From: Deltaproteobacteria bacterium
GTDB lineage: Bacteria; Desulfobacterota_D; UBA1144; Nemesobacterales; UBA2774
DNA length: 64,000 bases
Assembly: GCA_040223695.1 (NCBI GenBank)
Contig: JAVKFU010000015.1
Coordinates: forward strand, 106,534-170,533
Direction of reading: 5' to 3'
Shown: positions 59,002 to 64,000 of the stretch, piece after piece
Numbering within the stretch: the stretch's first letter is position 1
How the letters are laid out: each line of letters begins with the position of its first letter
Translations under genes and position numbers: made by a program
Notes under the pieces: generated by a model
The model's input: the letters and a program-made list of their open reading frames with translations, nothing else
What the model was told of the DNA's origin: nothing
Database searches by the model: none

Positions 59002-59274
59002 CTATTTACATAAGTTTAATCCCGTTTCTGATTAAACATCCCGCCTCTAAAGCTTCCTTAATATATTACTTGCCTTAAATGAGTTCTTCACGACAACCGG
59101 AACGAACTTATTGAAATTTTAAACAGAGGTAATTTATTCTGGTGGATTTCCTTGCTGAATTCGACATTCTTCGGATGACGTTCGATTTCCTGGTCCGTCG
59201 AGCCGGTTATGCCGACGGGTTTCTTTCGTTTACGCATGTTCATAGGGGTTAAACTTACGGAGCCCGGCCGGAAT

Positions 59275-59829
59275 TTATTCAGGCGGGCTTATCTTATACC
59301 ATATGTTTTTCTGATACCCCACCGGGTCGGCATCGATAATCTTCTTGACGATTTCGGGCTTTGACCCTTTACATTTCCATTCATATACAGTTGAGCGGCC
59401 GGAGGCGTAAGCGGGGATGAATTCTGCGTTTGGATTGTCTTTACAGTAGTCGGTCATTCCCTTATTGGGGTTTTTGCTCGTGTCGGCCTTTTCTGTACAG
59501 GGCAGGTTTGCCCCCACGTTGCACGCGTAAACCCTGCCGTCCATGCAGCGCCAGTATGTGCCCCTCTTAAACACGTCCGTAGGGGCTGATTCCGGCGAGC
59601 CGAATTCTTTTTTCAACCCTTCCGCGATTGACTCAGGAACAGCGGGTCCCTTATATTCCGGGCCGGGTGAATCGACGGTTCCGGCAGCCTCGCAGTACGC
59701 AAAGGGGTCGTCGTATGTCTTCCCGCTCATGTCCGCTTTTTCCTCTGAGCTGCAGGATAAGATTGTTACAGCGATTAAAACCGGAAAGATAAGTATAAAT
59801 TGATTCAATCTGGATTTCATTTTTCTCAC
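59275..59829 (-). CDS. Lipoprotein of unknown function.
   Basis: Signal peptide with lipobox (ILSCS). Cys-containing soluble domain. No recognised family. Confidence 0.45.
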   Translation of the reverse strand: MRKMKSRLNQFILIFPVLIAVTILSCSSEEKADMSGKTYDDPFAYCEAAGTVDSPGPEYKGPAVPESIAEGLKKEFGSPESAPTDVFKRGTYWRCMDGRVYACNVGANLPCTEKADTSKNPNKGMTDYCKDNPNAEFIPAYASGRSTVYEWKCKGSKPEIVKKIIDADPVGYQKNIWYKISPPE

Positions 59830-60043
59830 CTTCTGGTTCAGTTTTAACGGATATTTTACCCTGCTTAAATCATCTCAATTCAATTATAAAGGATAAAGTA
59901 AATATTTCTAATCCCAATTTTTAAATATAGACCTCTCTATCTGATCGAATCATGGTCAGCATACCTCAATACAAAAAAGAAAGTTTGTCGCAGAAGATGC
60001 TTCAAGTATCATATTTTAATAAAATTATACTGATGGTACTACC

Positions 60044-60997
60044 GTGATACAATCATTACCGCTCAGCTGGTCACGAAACGATATTGATCGCCCCGGATTT
60101 GAGTCCGTCTATCTCCCACTGTCCGGGACAGTGTGGGCACACTCGGCGGAAATCCCTCTGGATTATAGTTTTGAACGGGTATTTACCGATTTATGCGCAG
60201 GCTTCGGGGGAAAAATATTAATCAGAGGGTGTAGCGGCGAAATTGCCGGGTTCCTTGCACGGAATGGGTTCGGGATCATAAGGACCGGAGCCGAGGCCGT
60301 AATAGATTTAAAGGACCTGGATAGAGAGCGGCCTTCTGTAAAAGAGCTGGCAAGAAGGGGGATCAGATGGGGAGAGGTGGAGGAAATTCCCTTTACGGGA
60401 TTAAACTCCGAAAGGGTATCCGGGTTTACCGCGCTCACTGCGCACGGCGGCAAGCCGAATTTGAAATATCTTTTCCGGGCAGGATTCGATCGCGCCACGA
60501 GGTGTTTTGTATTCAGGGCCGCCGATGAAGAATGGCTGGGTGTAGTTACCGTTTCAACCGTCGCGGAATCTTGTGCCCACACTGAGATGATTCTAAGGCA
60601 TAAAAAAGCCCCTGTGGGAGTTATGGAGGCCCTCTTCACCGGGGTAATGAATATTCTAAGAGAGGACGGCTACGAGGAGTTCAGCCTGGGCGAGGTGCCG
60701 TTTATAACCCCTCGAGCGCTCGGTTCTCATATTGGGTCTTCCAGCGATTCCCTTAAACAAAAAATGCTGTTTAGAGCGGGACGAGCTCTCAAATTCGCGT
60801 TTGATTACAAAGGTCTCTTTCGGTTCAAAAATAAATTTAATCCCGAATGGAGGCCCGTTTACGTCTGCGCGAACCCCGAGCTTTCCCTTTTAGCTCTGGC
60901 TGATCTGTTCATTGTAAGCCGCTACCTCGAGCTGTCACGCTCTGAATTGATATCTAACATCAAAGGCTATAACCCTTTATCCTCGACGTTTGGCTGA
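60044..60997 (+). CDS. Stand-alone DUF2156 protein (aminoacyl-phosphatidylglycerol synthase / MprF C-terminal catalytic-domain-like).
   Basis: C-terminal signature GLFRFKNKFNPEWRPVY typical of the lysyl-PG synthase catalytic domain. No flippase TM domain is present. Confidence 0.55.
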   Translation: MIQSLPLSWSRNDIDRPGFESVYLPLSGTVWAHSAEIPLDYSFERVFTDLCAGFGGKILIRGCSGEIAGFLARNGFGIIRTGAEAVIDLKDLDRERPSVKELARRGIRWGEVEEIPFTGLNSERVSGFTALTAHGGKPNLKYLFRAGFDRATRCFVFRAADEEWLGVVTVSTVAESCAHTEMILRHKKAPVGVMEALFTGVMNILREDGYEEFSLGEVPFITPRALGSHIGSSSDSLKQKMLFRAGRALKFAFDYKGLFRFKNKFNPEWRPVYVCANPELSLLALADLFIVSRYLELSRSELISNIKGYNPLSSTFG

Positions 60998-61162
60998 TCC
61001 GCATATATTTTGAATCACATAATTAAAACAGCTATATAATTAATATATTCTCGTAAAACATCTGTATTAATTATTCTAGCTTGACAGATTAATAGTTGAT
61101 ACATCTTTATGGTTTTCAGGGTGGCGGAAGTTATTTTTTATAACTGCATTATTGGAGGATGA

Positions 61163-64000
61163 ATGAGACTAACCGCTAAAGCTCTATTATCTCTATTGGT
61201 TTTTCTTGTTGCTTTTGGTTCTTGCGATACCGATAATAATAAAATTAATAACGGGCCTCTGCCTGCCGATCCGAACGAGTGGGTGTGTGTAGACTCGCTT
61301 GCGGGCGCGACCCTGGAGCAAATTGATCAGTTTTGCCAGAGCTTTTCTAATGCCGGAGACCCTGTCCCCGGATTTTTACAAAACCCTCCGCCCCTGTCTG
61401 AGCTGGATCTTAAGAATATATACGATGCCGAGCTTCAGGCCTTTGCCAGAGACAGGGTCTATGCAGCAGAGCTCGGTTGGGTAAGCGATATGAATTGGCG
61501 TATGACGGGCCCCTATGTCGGCGAAATAGGGAGCGGAGAGAGTTTCGGTGTACATCCCGCCGTAAGAATTTATTACTCTCCCGAGGTTATTGACTGGCTT
61601 TGTAATGACGGCGCGGGAGAGATTCCCGACGGCGCTATGATTGTAAAGGAGATGCATTCGATTAACGAGGAGCTCGATATAGCCCTCGATAGCGAGGGCT
61701 GTATGGTTATTAACGCCGATGTTGAGCCCGACTCATGGACGATAATGGTCAAGGAGAGCGGTGAGTCGCACGACGGATGGTACTGGGCCGGCTATTCGGT
61801 CGTCCAGGACCCTGTTACCTTCGCCTGGGAAATAGGGAACCCTCCAATTTTTGATGCGACTGCGGTAACGGGGGAGGAGTTTTTTGGCGGGGAAATAATA
61901 CCTTCTTCACCCAACCCCCTCTGGTATCCGACCGGTTATGTATTCTCCAGCACAAACAAGATTCCCGATGTCATATTCCCTTACAGTGAGTACGGAAACT
62001 ACTGCGTCAATTGTCATGCCTCCGCTGTAAGCGAGTTAACGTTTTCCTCTCTGGATAATGTTTTAACTCCGGGAATAGAGTACAAGCTCTTTACATCCGA
62101 TGAGCCCGGCAAAACATTTCCCGACGAATTGTTCGATGGGCTTGTTCACACTCCCGGTATCATAGCTCTGATTACTCAGGATTCGGCTTCGATAGCGGGC
62201 CTGACGGCAACTCGCGGGAACGGCGAAGTAGAAGGTTATGATTCTCCGTTTTCCGACCCTCTTCCGGAGCCTACGTCTCGGTTCTTGGAGTTTTATAATC
62301 AACTGGATGAAGTGAGTTTCCCAGAGGCCTGGATGCTCCGTCTGCCCGCTCAGACCTACGATCACGTAGTCTCGGCATCTACAGGTCCCGACCAGTTTAT
62401 TACGTCGGACCAGTGTATCGGTTGTCACGACGCTACTTACTCAAACGCGTCCTTTCCGAATATGATTCTGGAGAGAGACGTGAACGGCACGACTGAATTA
62501 ATCAATCTTTCTCCTTACGGAGAATGGAGCGCGTCGCCCATGGGCCTGGCCGGACGTGATCCCATCTTCTTTTCCCAGCTCCAGAGCGAGACAAACAACC
62601 TGCCTGAACTCACCACTTGCATCGAGAATACCTGCCTTCACTGTCACGGCGTGATGGGGCAGCGGCAGCTGGCTATAGATACTCCCGGTCAGGATACGGA
62701 GGGTTGCGAGGAATTATTCGCTATAGCCCCTCCTCCCGGAGTTCCGTTCGGGAAGCCCTTCAGCCTCGACATGGTGACCCAGTGGCCGGACTCTCCGAGC
62801 AATAAAGACCAGAAATACGGAGCGCTCGCCAGGGACGGAATTTCCTGCACCGTGTGTCACCATATTTCGGATGTCGATCTCGGACAGGAAGAGACTTTCA
62901 CCGGGAATTTTGTAACCGGGCCTCCTGATGAGATATACGGCCCTTATGAGGATTCGACCATAGTTCCCAAGCCGATGGAGAACGCTATCGGTATTACACC
63001 TAGGTTTGCCGATTACTTCGTAAGCGGGGACGCGTTCAGCTCCGATACCTGCGGGAGTTGTCATAACATCCTCCTTCCGATCATAACGAACGAGGGCGAG
63101 ATAATAGGCGCCAGCTACGAGCAGACGACACACCTTGAATGGGTTAACAGCGATTTTGCCCCGGGCGGCTCTGATTTCAAATCTTGCGCTGACTGCCATA
63201 TGCCGACGCATTACATGGGTGAAGACCTTTCATTTAAAATTGCTAATATAGAATCAAGCGATTTTGCTCCCACGACGAACCGTCTCCCCGATGCCGATAT
63301 TACTTTAACGGAGCGTGATACGTTCGCCCGCCACTCGCTACACGGTCTTAATATTTTCATCAATCAGATGTTTCAGCAGTTCCCCGTGATACTGGGCGCG
63401 CGGCAGATCGACTATATGACGGGAACCGCGACGGTCCCTTCACTGATTACCGGGCAAAAGTCCATGATAGAAATGGCTCAAAACGAGACAGCCGCCATAA
63501 AGGTACAGGAGCTGGAGATAACCCCGGAGGGTGAGTTGCGTGCCGTTGTTGAAGTCGTTAACCTCGTAGGACACTACCTTCCGTCCGGAGTAGGGTTCAG
63601 GCGGATATTCATTGAGTTCCTTGTCAGAGACATAGACGGCAATGTGCTATGGGCTTCCGGGCGTACGAATGAGCTGGGCGCAATTCTGGACGGCACCACC
63701 GACGAAGTTCTTCCCAGTGAGGAGCCGGTTAAATTCCCGGACGCGCCGTTTCAGCCCCATTACCAGGTCATAACGCAGCAGGACCAGGTCCAGATATATC
63801 AGGAGCTTATTAAAGATTCCGCCGGTAACCTGACTACAAGTTTTTTAAGGCGCGTCGAGGACGTAAAGGATAACCGCATTAGACCGAAAGGTTATAATCC
63901 CGAACTTTTCATAACCTTCTTTGACTCGCCGTTTATTAACGCGCTTGCCGAAACACACGGCCAGGCCGCGTCCGACCCCTATTACACCGACCCAGAGCTT
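61163..64000 (+). CDS. Large multihaem c-type cytochrome lipoprotein, 3'-partial (runs off the window). Absent from the supplied ORF track.
   Basis: GGAGG RBS, ATG at 61163 and a lipobox (VAFGSC). The frame is open for 946 codons to the window end. It has six CxxCH motifs (CVNCH, CIGCH, CLHCH, CTVCH, CGSCH, CADCH). Confidence 0.7.
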   Translation, partial: MRLTAKALLSLLVFLVAFGSCDTDNNKINNGPLPADPNEWVCVDSLAGATLEQIDQFCQSFSNAGDPVPGFLQNPPPLSELDLKNIYDAELQAFARDRVYAAELGWVSDMNWRMTGPYVGEIGSGESFGVHPAVRIYYSPEVIDWLCNDGAGEIPDGAMIVKEMHSINEELDIALDSEGCMVINADVEPDSWTIMVKESGESHDGWYWAGYSVVQDPVTFAWEIGNPPIFDATAVTGEEFFGGEIIPSSPNPLWYPTGYVFSSTNKIPDVIFPYSEYGNYCVNCHASAVSELTFSSLDNVLTPGIEYKLFTSDEPGKTFPDELFDGLVHTPGIIALITQDSASIAGLTATRGNGEVEGYDSPFSDPLPEPTSRFLEFYNQLDEVSFPEAWMLRLPAQTYDHVVSASTGPDQFITSDQCIGCHDATYSNASFPNMILERDVNGTTELINLSPYGEWSASPMGLAGRDPIFFSQLQSETNNLPELTTCIENTCLHCHGVMGQRQLAIDTPGQDTEGCEELFAIAPPPGVPFGKPFSLDMVTQWPDSPSNKDQKYGALARDGISCTVCHHISDVDLGQEETFTGNFVTGPPDEIYGPYEDSTIVPKPMENAIGITPRFADYFVSGDAFSSDTCGSCHNILLPIITNEGEIIGASYEQTTHLEWVNSDFAPGGSDFKSCADCHMPTHYMGEDLSFKIANIESSDFAPTTNRLPDADITLTERDTFARHSLHGLNIFINQMFQQFPVILGARQIDYMTGTATVPSLITGQKSMIEMAQNETAAIKVQELEITPEGELRAVVEVVNLVGHYLPSGVGFRRIFIEFLVRDIDGNVLWASGRTNELGAILDGTTDEVLPSEEPVKFPDAPFQPHYQVITQQDQVQIYQELIKDSAGNLTTSFLRRVEDVKDNRIRPKGYNPELFITFFDSPFINALAETHGQAASDPYYTDPEL

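Overview
This 64-kb window is a chromosomal segment (about 50% GC) from a Gram-negative bacterium. Lipoproteins with lipoboxes, an outer-membrane beta-barrel protein, sigma-54 enhancer-binding proteins, a cbb3 oxidase and a futalosine menaquinone pathway support that assignment. The main content follows.

1. A family-1 encapsulin operon (encapsulin plus EncFtn ferritin-like cargo) next to a 5'-partial sigma-54 response regulator. Both encapsulin genes are frameshifted at homopolymer runs.
2. Tandem MscS channels, a Rieske/FAD oxidoreductase, an AI-2E transporter and two large PAS histidine kinases. One kinase is paired with an NtrC-type regulator that sits directly upstream of a textbook sigma-54 promoter driving an outer-membrane protein gene.
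3. Two tandem paralogous lipoproteins of an uncharacterised family.
4. A compact minus-strand cbb3 oxidase operon, ccoI-ccoS-ccoNO(fused)-ccoQ-ccoP-ccoG plus a DsbD_2-like gene. Its candidate promoter/operator palindrome is repeated almost exactly upstream of a split YeeE/YedE sulfur-transporter operon.
5. A GNAT-methyltransferase-GNAT cassette, a pair of dispersed secreted paralogs, and housekeeping genes (ychF, pyrD, argJ, recO, mgtE, sulfurtransferase, split transketolase).
6. A late-step futalosine menaquinone cluster (UbiA/UbiX/UbiD-like plus radical SAM). A RelE/ParE-type toxin-antitoxin pair is inserted into it, and the toxin is frameshifted.
7. A 1-kb intergenic array of composite hairpin repeats. 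Solo copies of the same repeats bracket a region carrying an AT-rich OLD-family ATPase/Toprim nuclease gene, a Cys-rich secreted mini-protein, an unknown 98-aa protein and a DksA/TraR zinc-finger protein.
8. At the 3' edge, a large lipoprotein with at least six CxxCH haem motifs runs off the window and is absent from the ORF track.

No rRNA, tRNA or CRISPR could be supported. Several ORF-track entries are antisense or repeat-derived artefacts. Several N-terminal extensions are also artefactual.
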